64,000 nt of DNA, from positions 2,085,721-2,149,720 of the forward strand of contig CM120648.1 in assembly GCA_051362555.1 (NCBI GenBank). The letters are read 5' to 3'. The number at the start of each line of letters is the position of its first letter. Positions within the stretch are counted from its first letter, which is position 1. The notes beneath the pieces are model-generated. The model searched no databases and was not told the DNA's origin. It worked only from the letters and a program-made list of their open reading frames with translations. Shown in pieces: positions 1 to 9,745 of this stretch. The stretch is from Lingula anatina. Its lineage: Eukaryota > Animalia > Brachiopoda. The position numbers were made by a program, and so were the translations under genes.

Positions 1-93
1 TCATGGGGTCACGACGCGTGACTAACACAGACGCCAACTCCCTATGTGTCTCAGTCACGTGCTGTGCTCTAGCGACTTTTGACTTTCTTAGAC
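1..93 (-). CDS. NPHP4: NPHP4 exon, truncated by the window edge
   Basis: TAAG acceptor. LRKSKVARAQHVTETHRELASVLVTRRDP matches [24 protein letters not shown]. Confidence 0.85.
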
Positions 94-250
94 CTTAAAT
101 AAATATATATATATATATTAATTTCCTGACTAATAAAAAATTAAGAAGACCTTCTGTTTATAGATATATACTTTTTAATATGCACACATAGCCACTTTTA
201 CAGAGAGGTTCGCAGACATGTAAACATTCAACCATGCAAACTCAAATTAA

Positions 251-284
<34 letters not shown>

Positions 285-288
285 CTAC

Positions 289-402
289 CTGAGTTATGTG
301 ACTGTGCCAGTCCAGCATTCAGACTTCCCCCCAGGAACCCACTGCTGTTAGCGCCCTCTGAGGCCACCACTAACCGAGACTTCTTCAGGGGCAAAGCAGG
401 CT
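289..402 (-). CDS. NPHP4: NPHP4 exon
   Basis: LPLKKSRLVVASEGANSSGFLGGSL matches [22 protein letters not shown]. Phase 1-1. Confidence 0.88.
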
Positions 403-735
403 CTGAACAGAAAGATTTGAACATTATCTTATACATAATCATCAATAAAATTTACAAAGAAAAGCTTGTCAATATGATTTGGTTATTAAGATAAAGCATC
501 AATTTCTGTAGTCAGGCAGGCAGTTAACCAACCATTTGATGAACATTTTGCTGCACACTAAAATCAGGCCATAAGTAAGCTCTGCACCTGTGATATAATT
601 TTATTTTATTATATTGTATTAATATATATATATTAATATTGTGTGTTAAGATGCAAAATGCCAAATTATCAATACATATACAACATTCATCTTGATTATT
701 ATCATTGTTATAATAATAATTATTATTATTATTAC

Positions 736-955
736 CTGTCTCTGCCAGTTTTGCCTTCTTGTCAGCAGGATGGCCCACGTTGGCAAGCCTCAGATGTAGC
801 CTCCCTTTCAGAGAGGTATTCACCCCTACTGGCCTCACACTGGCCCCCTGGGCCCCCTCCCCCCCAGTGTCCCCCTGGTCCTCTGAGTACTCTGTGATCA
901 TCACGTCCAGCTCATAGGTCACCTGGAGGGCGTCACGACCCTGACGACACAGGTG
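736..955 (-). CDS. NPHP4: NPHP4 exon
   Basis: HLCRQGRDALQVTYELDV...KGRLHLRLANVGHP matches HLLRQGRPAVQASHELEV...KGRLHLTLANVGHP. Confidence 0.97.
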
Positions 956-1428
956 CTGTCAAAATAACAACAATTAAAGTAAGTATTGGCTTTAAAATTT
1001 CACATTTTCCATGAATGAAAACTACTGATTTTACACTTTCTGGCTGAGTGCTATGATATGTTTAATTTTGAACCATAACTACATCTTGTAATGTGGTTAC
1101 AAAAAATGTTTTAAGTAAACTAACATGGCATAGGCTTCAAGAAATACTGAACAAATCCTTCTTTTATAATAATATTAAGAAACCATACACAGTTTTATAG
1201 TTTACTTGAAACAGGTTAGTTTCCAGTCTGCTTTGAAAGTCTGCTCAGGGGAATTAAAAAGAAAATACCATCCTTCAGACTTGAAAGAAGACATTTAAAA
1301 TAATCCTAAAAATGCAAGCACTGAAGGCATGCAGTTCATTATAAGTGGTCTGAGAGGGGTAGACAAAAATACAACACTCAAACCTCCAGCTATCTGGATG
1401 AATCCAGACGTTCATTTTTACTACTCAC

Positions 1429-1687
1429 ACTGAGATCTACAGCACAAGACCCAATCAGCAGTAGAGACTCTCCATCCCAGACGTCAATGTGTAGAACCTG
1501 CTGCGACAGGTGCTTCAGGAACAGCTTGGCTTCTCCTGGCTTCAGAAAGGAGGGGTCCACAAAATATTTGACCTGGTAACCAGGGGGGCCCTTCTTCACT
1601 GTGCCGTCTGCCTCTAGTTTTTGGAGGATGTAAGGGGCTCTATCTTTCTGTTGAGATAGGTCACCTTCTTGGGCTCCAAGGAGTAAC
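1429..1687 (-). CDS. NPHP4: NPHP4 exon
   Basis: PGYQVKYFVDPSFLKPGE...LHIDVWDGESLLLIGS matches PGFQLRYMVGPGFLKPGE...IDVWDGDSLLLIGS. Confidence 0.97.
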
Positions 1688-1710
1688 CTGGTGTGAAAAT
1701 ATGGCATAAA

Positions 1711-1757
<47 letters not shown>

Positions 1758-1890
1758 GACTTCTGCTGACACTAATCACTGCAATAAGTAAATGGCATCA
1801 CTGAGGAACTTAAACCAGCCTAATTCTAAAATGTAGAAGAAAATATTAAGCCAATACACCTGTGTTTACACTGGCTATACTCTGTCTCAC

Positions 1891-1980
1891 CTTTCTGAAG
1901 TGACCTGAGGAAAGCGGTAAAACTGGAATGTGAAGAAGACCGTGCCATTGGACTTGGTATTCTGCTCCTGCTCATAGTAT
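1891..1980 (-). CDS. NPHP4: NPHP4 exon
   Basis: GTVFFTFQFYRFPQVTSER matches TVYFTFQFYRFPPATTPR. Phase 2-2. Confidence 0.96.
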
Positions 1981-2213
1981 CTGTAAGAAACAGGATATAG
2001 AAACCTCTCAAAGGATTTGGGTCTGATAGGAACCTTTTACATCTTTTGATAACAATGTTATTATTTTATGCAGCTTATATACATAAAATATACTTTATAA
2101 GAAACCGATTTCTGTCACAATTGACACTGAAGGATCAGGAATGACATATTCTAGTGTAATCATCAGCACACCAAAACATTACTTTTTAACCTTTTCTCCT
2201 ATCAGTAACTCAC

Positions 2214-2402
2214 TTAGCAAATGCCAGGAACTGCAAGTAGATCTCATTGCACACCAGGGGGTCCGTCTCTTCCTTGGCAGGGTCAAAGGTCACATGGTCT
2301 GCGGGGTCAATGACCTCTGGTGCTTCACCAAACCTGTCCAGGATTGGTGGAAATCCCGCCGTGTAGAGCCTGGCATAGGCTGCTCTGGACAGACCCTGGC
2401 CA
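2214..2402 (-). CDS. NPHP4: NPHP4 exon
   Basis: LSRAAYARLYTAGFPPILD...FDPAKEETDPLVCNEIYLQFLAF matches SRASMVLLQSSGFPEILD...NEMVLQFLAF. Confidence 0.96.
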
Positions 2403-2680
2403 CTGGTATAATACATAGAAAACAGCTATCAGCAGGCTCAGTATTAAAAAAATTACTGCAGTTCTATCAAACTTATATTAATTCATCTTAAAACTGGGAG
2501 CTACAGCAAAGCTTGTGCCATATAATTCTATATACTAAACAGTCTGCATAAAACATCGATTAAAATACAGTATCCCCAAGCTGATACCCACACATCCTGA
2601 TATTTTACTATAATTTTAAATTAAAAAGAGTTGTAGCAATGTCCCTGCATGCTCTCAGAAATAGCTCTATCTTAACATAC

Positions 2681-2772
2681 CTTCTAGTATTAGGTGTTGT
2701 AGCCAGTATTGGGGCATGAACTGGAGTGAAGGGCAGCTCCTGAAGGTCTGTGCCATCTCTGGCAGACCCAGG
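2681..2772 (-). CDS. NPHP4: NPHP4 exon
   Basis: DLQELPFTPVHAPILA matches human QLQELPFTPLHAPIVV. Donor GTATGT. Confidence 0.95.
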
Positions 2773-2966
2773 CTGAAATAATAATTAATAAAAAAAATAA
2801 ATAAATAAAAGATAACAAAATAGACAGTACAGACAATAATAGACAAGTAAATAAATGTAAATTTTATGAAGGAATGTTATATCATCCATCACAAGATTTG
2901 GATAGGATACAGACATATATGAATTAAGCAACATACGTGCTCACACATACACATACATAAACTTAC

Positions 2967-3204
2967 ATCTCTCAGGTGGGAGATCTCAACAGAGTATGTA
3001 TTGGGCAGAGAATATGGAGGTACAAAGCCTGGCCCCTGTGCAAAAGGCATTCCATATCCCTGTGTATACGGGGCAGCCATCATGTAGGGAGGTTGCATGG
3101 GGGAATATGGCTGGCTCTGGTTGAAAGGCATACCCTGTGGGGACCCATACGGCTGTCCCTGGGGTACCTGTAGAGACATGGGACCTGCACCACGTGACGG
3201 AGAC
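2967..3204 (-). CDS. NPHP4: NPHP4 exon (Pro/Gln/Tyr-rich linker ending EISHL)
   Basis: SPSRGAGPMSLQVPQGQPYG...SVEISHLRD; ISHL is conserved in human (GISHLE). Phase 2-0, donor GTAAGT. Confidence 0.88.
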
Positions 3205-4130
3205 CTGGATATTAGATTAACATGATACGTTATAACATGACAGGTCATAATAAGTAAAATATGCAATTATAATGTAACAGGAATATGGAACAGAATAGGA
3301 TAGGATAGACCAGACCAGACCAGACCAGATTATGATATTACAGCAAGTAGAAGAATATTTAGTATATTTCTACTGGTAAAATTTTATATTATGTAGATTA
3401 TGTGGGGAAAAGTGAAGACTTTCTTTTTTCCAAGTTGGGACTGTTCAGTTATGCAAACTGCACAAATTATTGAAAAAAGCAGACCAAAAATAACTCTTTA
3501 CACAAATAATTAATCAGTTTGTTAATCAACCAGCAATTCTATCCATGAAATAAAAATAAGTTCACAAACTAGAAACTTGTTTTTGTGAGAAAACAAATTA
3601 AAAGTGATTAATTTTCTAAAATGGATGTTAACATCTTAATATGCCAGTCAATACTATGTATTAAGTTATAGACACTAAAGTATTCTTCTTAGTTTGAATC
3701 AGTCACTGTCCTCATGACAGGGAGGAGACTGCTGTTTAGTGAAAAAGTAGGAAAATGTGGTATGGGGCCCAGGGAGCTACCTAGGCCCATTGATTCTGGG
3801 TTCCAAAAAGTTGGAAATCTGCCGAGAGTTGGAAAAATCTCATCCCTGTCAGTGTATCAGTCAAATAATCCACTTGAATAATATTATTAACAACAAAACA
3901 TGGCCTTACAGCATGTCATATCATACTTCTGATGGCACACTAGCACATTCATTGTTTCAGCCAATGACATATTTCCAAATTAACCAATGATTGGCAAATA
4001 CACATATTCCATAAGAAAACTGATGTAAAATTGTTCATTTTCTTTAACCAAAGTATATATTGTATGTATTTAGCCGTTTGGCCAAATATAAATATAAATG
4101 TGCCAGTGCGAGTTATTAGTCAATACACAC

Positions 4131-4163
4131 CTTGTAGGGGATGGTGGGTACACATAAGACCAG
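4131..4163 (-). CDS. NPHP4: NPHP4 candidate micro-exon (33 nt, phase 2-2)
   Basis: TTTTCACCTTTGTGTTGCTGTAG acceptor, AAG|GTGTGT donor, open frame WSYVYPPSPTR, continuing into the SP-rich next exon. Confidence 0.55.
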
Positions 4164-5107
4164 CTACAGCAACACAAAGGTGAAAATGATAATTAATGCA
4201 CTCTTCAAAAACAAAAAAAGACAAAATATAAAACACTATCATGTTACATAGGTTACGGTCAAAAGTCTCTAAATAGGGCCCTTTCTATAACCAGCAGTAT
4301 ATTACTTAACTGATGGTCTCTCCTGGTTCACTTTGAGAGAATGAAAATAACCTGGCTATTATGAAAAAGAGTCACCAAAATGAATCCTCTGTGATCAACA
4401 TTGGTATAGAATGAACATAACAGATCTATAGGGGGTGAACTTTTGGAGGGCTTTTTGTTATATGGTAGAACCTCTTAAAGTGAACTGGTGCAGACTTCAT
4501 CGGTTAAATATGTGTCTCGGAGTAAAAAGGGTCAAACATGAATCTTGTTACTTGGGTATTACTACACAGATATACTAACTACCACACAAGGATTCTAACT
4601 AGAAGTTCATGCTACAAGTAGACCACCCCGTTTACCAGATATAACTAGAAATTGCTCAAGTGCTATATGTAGACCATCCTGTGTATCAGAGATAACCGGA
4701 ACCTAACCTCTGTCACCATCATGTACTGACTACTGTATACTGGAGTCATGATGAGGATGACAGGGGCCAGTTCCCAGTGACCTTCCCAAACCCAGGGTGA
4801 TCCAGACTGTTCACAAAATACAGATGAAACAAGAAAATCATATATCTATCCATTTTTTAGCTTCAATCAGTAAGTGTACTCAAACATCAAAACTACTTTT
4901 CACAAGGCACACATGCAGTTCTACGTCTACACACAATGGCTACAGTTAGTTTGTATCTGAACAACACATTCACGTAACTACAGGGAAATAGTTAAAAAAA
5001 GAAAAAAAACATTAAACTAAGATCCCAGTTAAAGCAGTAACCAGGGAAGCAGTTATACTAATCAGTTATAACATAATTCTGAAATGGTAAACAAGCTAGA
5101 GGCTTAC

Positions 5108-5209
5108 TGGTCCTGATGCACAATAACGGTATCATTAGTGGCCGCAGAAGTCTGGAGACTAGGGGTTTGAATCTTCCCGACATCACGCGATGAGGCTTGA
5201 AGCAGAGAT
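5108..5209 (-). CDS. NPHP4: NPHP4 candidate cassette exon (102 nt, phase 2-2)
   Basis: Long polypyrimidine tract plus TAG acceptor, GTAAGC donor, open in the required frame (SLLQASSRDVGKIQTPSLQTSAATNDTVIVHQD). Confidence 0.6.
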
Positions 5210-5833
5210 CTACCAAAGCAGCGAAAAAAGGCAGAAACAAAGAAGCAAAACAGAAGCAAAATAAATAAATAAATTTAAATAAATAAATGACAATAAGATA
5301 CATTATCTTTTAAGAAAAAAGGAAGCATAAAACCAAGCAATGAAATACAAGCCAAAAATATCTGCACATACATATTTGCAAAAGAAACTATTATCTATTA
5401 ACCTGATTTTTCTACCACTTAAATACATAATGTACATGGTTTAACATTCTAATGCTAGGCTGTGTAAAAATGCTACCTCCTAACTAAAGGCTGACTAATG
5501 CAATTGGCAAGATGCAACAACTGCACCTTTCTAATTACATTCTATATTCAATACATTTGACATATATTATACTACAAAAATGTACTTCTTTGTTTTTCTT
5601 TCTTTTCTCGTTAACTTTAATGCAAAGACAAGCAACTATACATGCCATATCTAAGCACTGCCCAGCTTTGTCACACAGATTTCATTCAAGACAATTCAAA
5701 TGATAAAACTAAAATTAGTATGTCAGTTGATAAAAAATGCAACATATTCAGACCATACAGTCATATACATGCATAAACTGGAGCTTATGCCAGCATTAAA
5801 AAAAACTTCATAAAAAGTTACTTTAAAACTTAC

Positions 5834-6012
5834 TTTCCCCCTCTACCAGGCAGCGGTGGTCTTCCACTGAGACCAGCAGTGGGCAGGGCCTGTAGCACAG
5901 TGCTGCCATCTTCAGTTGTGTTCACAGACTCCATGGAGTGGCCTCTCACCAAGGAGGAGGTAGGATACTGTAGAGATACCTGGCTGCCTGCACCAGAAAT
6001 GCCCTCAGCCTT
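5834..6012 (-). CDS. NPHP4: NPHP4 exon 10 (low-complexity linker)
   Basis: TTTCAG acceptor, open frame KAEGISGAGSQVSLQYPTSSLVRG...GRPPLPGRGG, GTAAGT donor. Phase 0-2 fits its neighbours. Confidence 0.8.
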
Positions 6013-6189
6013 CTGAAATTATAAGATAATATCTGGACTCTACAGATACCATGCTCAGTTGCTATTATTTACTGAACATTAAGCATTATTAGCATTGCTG
6101 ACACTTGTCTTGAGGTTGAATTTACTTATTATTTTATATTTCTTAAAGTTATCTTTTACAGCAGAATAATTGATGAAGCAAGCACCAAC

Positions 6190-6414
6190 CTTCTTGTTGA
6201 CCACAAAGTTAAATGCCAGATTCCCAGGTGCATTCTTCACATTGCTGTCCTCCAATGAAACACCTTTATACATGAACACTTCGTTAGGCATGGGTGTGGG
6301 TCCACCAATCAGAGATATTGTTACTTCCTGCTGACCCCCAGCAGAGAATGGAGACCAGACCGCCCACCTGACAGCCACCGTGTGTGTCTGGGACTTCACC
6401 ATGCTGTGAGAGAG
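6190..6414 (-). CDS. NPHP4: NPHP4 exon 9
   Basis: VRWAVWSPF...VTISLIGGPTPMPNEVFMYK; matches VRWAVWNP...VTLPLQGG. Phase 0-0. Confidence 0.95.
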
Positions 6415-6706
6415 CTGGTAGAAAAAAGTATCTGATATTTATTAATCTTATACACTATTCTCTAGCAGGTGCATAAGTCAAAATAAAATCCCTTCAGTGA
6501 CACCCATTTGTTGTCACTTTCGTATAACCGTTTCCTGCCCTTATTCATTTGGGGACAAGCGCAAAATAAAACAATCAAATAAAACACCTTGTTTAGCCTT
6601 ACATAAGTGGAATAGAAATTAGATAATGCTGAACAACATTATAGCTTATAAATTTTGATGGAATTAAGATTATATAATTATTAAGATTGAATAAGCCATA
6701 TTTCAC

Positions 6707-6842
6707 CTTCCTGTCCTCAGCATTCATTGGCTCAGAGACCACATACTCCAGCATGAATATTATGGACATCATGGGGTCCTCCACCATACCATCTAGTGGG
6801 ATACTGTTCCTCAGGACTAGAGACACACAACTGGAACTGCCA
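6707..6842 (-). CDS. NPHP4: NPHP4 exon 8
   Basis: GSSSCVSLVLRNSIPLDGMVEDPMMSIIFMLEYVVSEP; matches [31 protein letters not shown]. Phase 2-0. Confidence 0.92.
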
Positions 6843-7046
6843 CTACAGTGGATAATACAGAGGTATGAATTAATACAACCTAATATCTAATTATACTGTT
6901 TCCTCAGGACTAGAGACACACAACTGGAACTGCCACTACAGTGGATAATACAGAGGTGTGAATTAATACAACCTAATATCTAATTATACTGTTTCCTCAG
7001 GACTAGAGACATACTAGTACATCTGGACAGCCACTACAGTGAATAA
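6802..7046. repeat. 93-bp tandem repeat (~2.5 copies) spanning the NPHP4 exon 8 acceptor
   Basis: TACTGTT(T)CCTCAGGACTAGAGACACACAACTGGAACTGCCACTACAGTGGATAATACAGAGG... repeats at ~6802 and ~6894, with a diverged copy at ~6988. Confidence 0.9.
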
Positions 7047-7151
7047 AACAAAACAGAAAAGAAAAGACATGGATAAATACATATTGATATCTCAATTAAA
7101 ATGAATATCTTTAAAACTGAAAAATTAAGAATCCAGAGAAGCACAACTCAC

Positions 7152-7282
7152 ATAGAGCCAGTAGAAGCAGAGCGCTGGTGTCCTCTCTTCAGAGTTGCTC
7201 CTTTCTTGTGAGCCTGAGAGTCGGGGACGAGGTGCGCCACCTGGGGGTCCTGGACATAACACCAGCCATTGTGGACACCAAC
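7152..7282 (-). CDS. NPHP4: NPHP4 exon 7
   Basis: VGVHNGWCYVQDPQVAHLVP; matches [20 protein letters not shown]. Phase 0-2, donor GTGAGT. Confidence 0.95.
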
Positions 7283-7292
7283 CTGACAGTTG

Positions 7293-7295
<3 letters not shown>

Positions 7296-7336
<41 letters not shown>
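7296..7336. repeat. (TAA)n microsatellite next to the NPHP4 exon 7 acceptor
   Basis: Perfect AAT run. Other simple repeats include (AAAT)n ~22247-22283, (ATTT)n ~24665-24726 and poly-C ~22583-22614. Confidence 0.9.
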
Positions 7337-7339
<3 letters not shown>

Positions 7340-7506
7340 GTGTAAATAGTTTCATTGAATCTTAGATTTATACAGTTAAAATTTTTCGTTACGATAGACC
7401 TACATATTTGATTAACCTGTCGACTGTTTCATCTGTTTACTCTGACAGACTTGGTCACCACTTTAAAAGAACAAACAAAAAAAAAAAAAACATCCTCAGC
7501 ACTCAC

Positions 7507-7700
7507 CAGTAACCTTCTCTCTGACACAGTGACATTGCTACCGTCTGCCACCCTGTGTTCTCGGTTAATTCTGTCCTCGTTACAAAGACGGCACAGCTCC
7601 TCCTCAAACTTCTCCACGTTGGGATACAGCATGATGTTCACCTTGTCCACATAACACTGGACTTGTTTTAACAGTTTGGGCTTCTTGAGATTCTCCACAC
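7507..7700 (-). CDS. NPHP4: NPHP4 exon 6
   Basis: LKKPKLLK...LYPNVEKFEEELCRL...ERRLL; matches LYPSLEKFEEELL...ERRL. Donor GTGAGT. Confidence 0.95.
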
Positions 7701-7936
7701 CTGGGTAACAGAAATATACTGGGATAACAATAATACTATCTGGTAAGAGAGGAGTTTTCTGACAGGACAAGTTAACACTAATCATTCAGTGAATACAAAC
7801 AAAATATATCTCATACATTTCCCAAAGAAATTTGTTTTGTCAGTTATGCCTAAAAGAGACAATTAATATGATTTATCTTTTAATTACCTACCATATTTTC
7901 CTTTTATTTCTATCTGGTTTAGCATTATTTCCTTAC

Positions 7937-8107
7937 CTGCCCCTGGGTTCTCGGGGTCCTTGACTCCCTCTGCTATACCAGGTACTACACTGTTATTTCC
8001 CACTATGACATTTTCAGGCAGCAGGTGGAAAACTTTCTGCAGAGCCCTGTGAGTTCTAATGGAATATGACAACTGGCAGCCCTTGATGAGTTGAAGGAGT
8101 TCATTGC
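7937..8107 (-). CDS. NPHP4: NPHP4 exon 5
   Basis: LIKGCQLSYSIRTHRALQKVFHLLPENVIVG...PG; matches FHLLPENLLV. Phase 1-1, donor GTAAGG. Confidence 0.93.
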
Positions 8108-8153
8108 CTTAATAAATGAATAAATAAATAATCATAAAATGCCTAGAATCAAC

Positions 8154-8188
<35 letters not shown>

Positions 8189-8194
8189 GCTTAC

Positions 8195-8253
8195 TTTCTA
8201 TAGGATCCTCCAGGTACAGAAGAGCTCTAGGAGTGCCGTGGTACAGGTCCACT
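8195..8253 (-). CDS. NPHP4: NPHP4 exon 4
   Basis: VDLYHGTPRALLYLEDPIE carries the LYHGTPRALL motif. CAG/GTAAGC boundaries, phase 2-1. Confidence 0.95.
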
Positions 8254-8637
8254 CTGCAAAGATTCAAGGGAGTAATCAATGAGGACATTCCTCATATTTC
8301 TGAGCATAGTTCACTAGTAAATCATCTTAGAACTGCTCATAAATAATGAATTAAAACATTTTTCTTTATCTTATTCTATTCAGCAATTGCTCATTTGAAG
8401 TATCATAATAAATACCAAAAATGATTTAGCTTTGTAAATCAAATATACTATAATTTAAAGGGACAGAATCATAGAGAACAATTAGATGTTGCAAAAAAAA
8501 ACACAGAGGCAGAGATTACTGGTATATGCAATCAGAACAAAAACATGAAAAAAAAAAAATAATAATAATAATAATATCCGTATATATAAAACCATTCATA
8601 AAAGATTACCCTGATCTGTTTTAATTTAAATACTCAC

Positions 8638-8822
8638 TTTTGCGATGGCCCCTGTTTTCCGCTGGACGTATCCTCCATTTCTCCCTCGTACTTAAATATC
8701 CTGACCATTCCCCAGCCACAGGACCTGTGTTTCTTGTGGCCATTTTTATCATAACTCACGGCCACCAGTTCCACCACCAGGACAATACTCAGGTCATTGA
8801 GAGTGGTGTGGAAGTAGACATT
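8638..8822 (-). CDS. NPHP4: NPHP4 exon 3
   Basis: NVYFHTTLNDLSIVLVVELVA...SCGWGMVRIF; matches [20 protein letters not shown]...SCGFGILRIF. AG/GTGAGT boundaries, phase 0-2. Confidence 0.95.
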
Positions 8823-9175
8823 CTGCAGATATAAAATTAGGTTAAATTGTTAAAATTTTGAAGTGATTTATTCAACTACAGGGAAAATGGTTCACATTTA
8901 CTTGCCCCAAAATTATCTTTTCTCATGGTTATGTGGTAATATTATAATACTTTAAAATGCTTTAAAATGTGGTAAAACTTACAAAGAAAAATGACATGAG
9001 TGATCATTCTTGAAATTATCTTATAATATAGCTTGGGCATTATAAGAAACAAATCATGAAAATGAGATGAACAAAAATATAATAATCTGTTGTGATAAAT
9101 CATAATAATCCTGCAAATTTCTTGCCTGCAAGCTTAATTTTTCAGCAGTCAATTAAAGAATAGTACATACAATAC

Positions 9176-9319
9176 CTGATTAAAATTAACTTTAAATTTC
9201 TGTCCTGTTGACTTGGCTGTGCTCTCTGGTCCTATCCACGTCCTTCCAAAGAACTGCTTGTACGTTACATCAAACAGACTGAGCCGTAACTGGTAGTGGA
9301 CGCCCTTTTTATCCTCATC
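9176..9319 (-). CDS. NPHP4: NPHP4 exon 2
   Basis: TTTCAG|DEDKKGVHYQLRLSLFDVTYKQFFGRTWIG...NFNQ|GTATTG; matches NPHP4 LRVSFFDVTYRHFFGRTW. Confidence 0.95.
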
Positions 9320-9469
9320 CTGAAAGCAGAGAGAACAACAAGCTTCTGATCAGAAATAAACTGGTAAAACTACTCTGTAGCCAGGTAGACTTCTACTAAA
9401 TAATGCAGAAACAAGTTGAAAGAAATAACTGACAAATAAGAAAAAAAAAAAAGACGTTGAAATACCAAC

Positions 9470-9745
9470 CAGGTTCATCTCCTCCAAACCCTGAACATTT
9501 TTCAAAGTCAGTTCAAAGGGAGCAGAGTCCTGGGGGTCTGCTGCATTAAAATATCTCCTGAAGTTAGGCTGGAGCTGACGTTTCGTCTCTAAGTAATCTG
9601 CAGCCACTTTCAGCTGCTCTTCCGCAGACTCTCTCCAAGGTTCAAAGAATCTTATTAGTTTTTTGCTGCTTGTTGAATGTGACTTGGTCTCGTTAAAACT
9701 TGGCACAGTCAGCCATGTTGATGAGTTTGTGATGGCGTCATCCAT
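9470..9745 (-). CDS. NPHP4: Candidate alternative first coding exon (1b) of NPHP4
   Basis: 92-codon open frame from ATG 9745 to a phase-0 donor CTG|GTTGGT, 150 nt upstream of the exon 2 acceptor. Its C-terminal part (RRYFNAADPQDSAPFELTLKNVQGL) aligns by eye with exon 1a (DRQKRAEEDSYPFCLSIKIIDGI). Confidence 0.65.
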
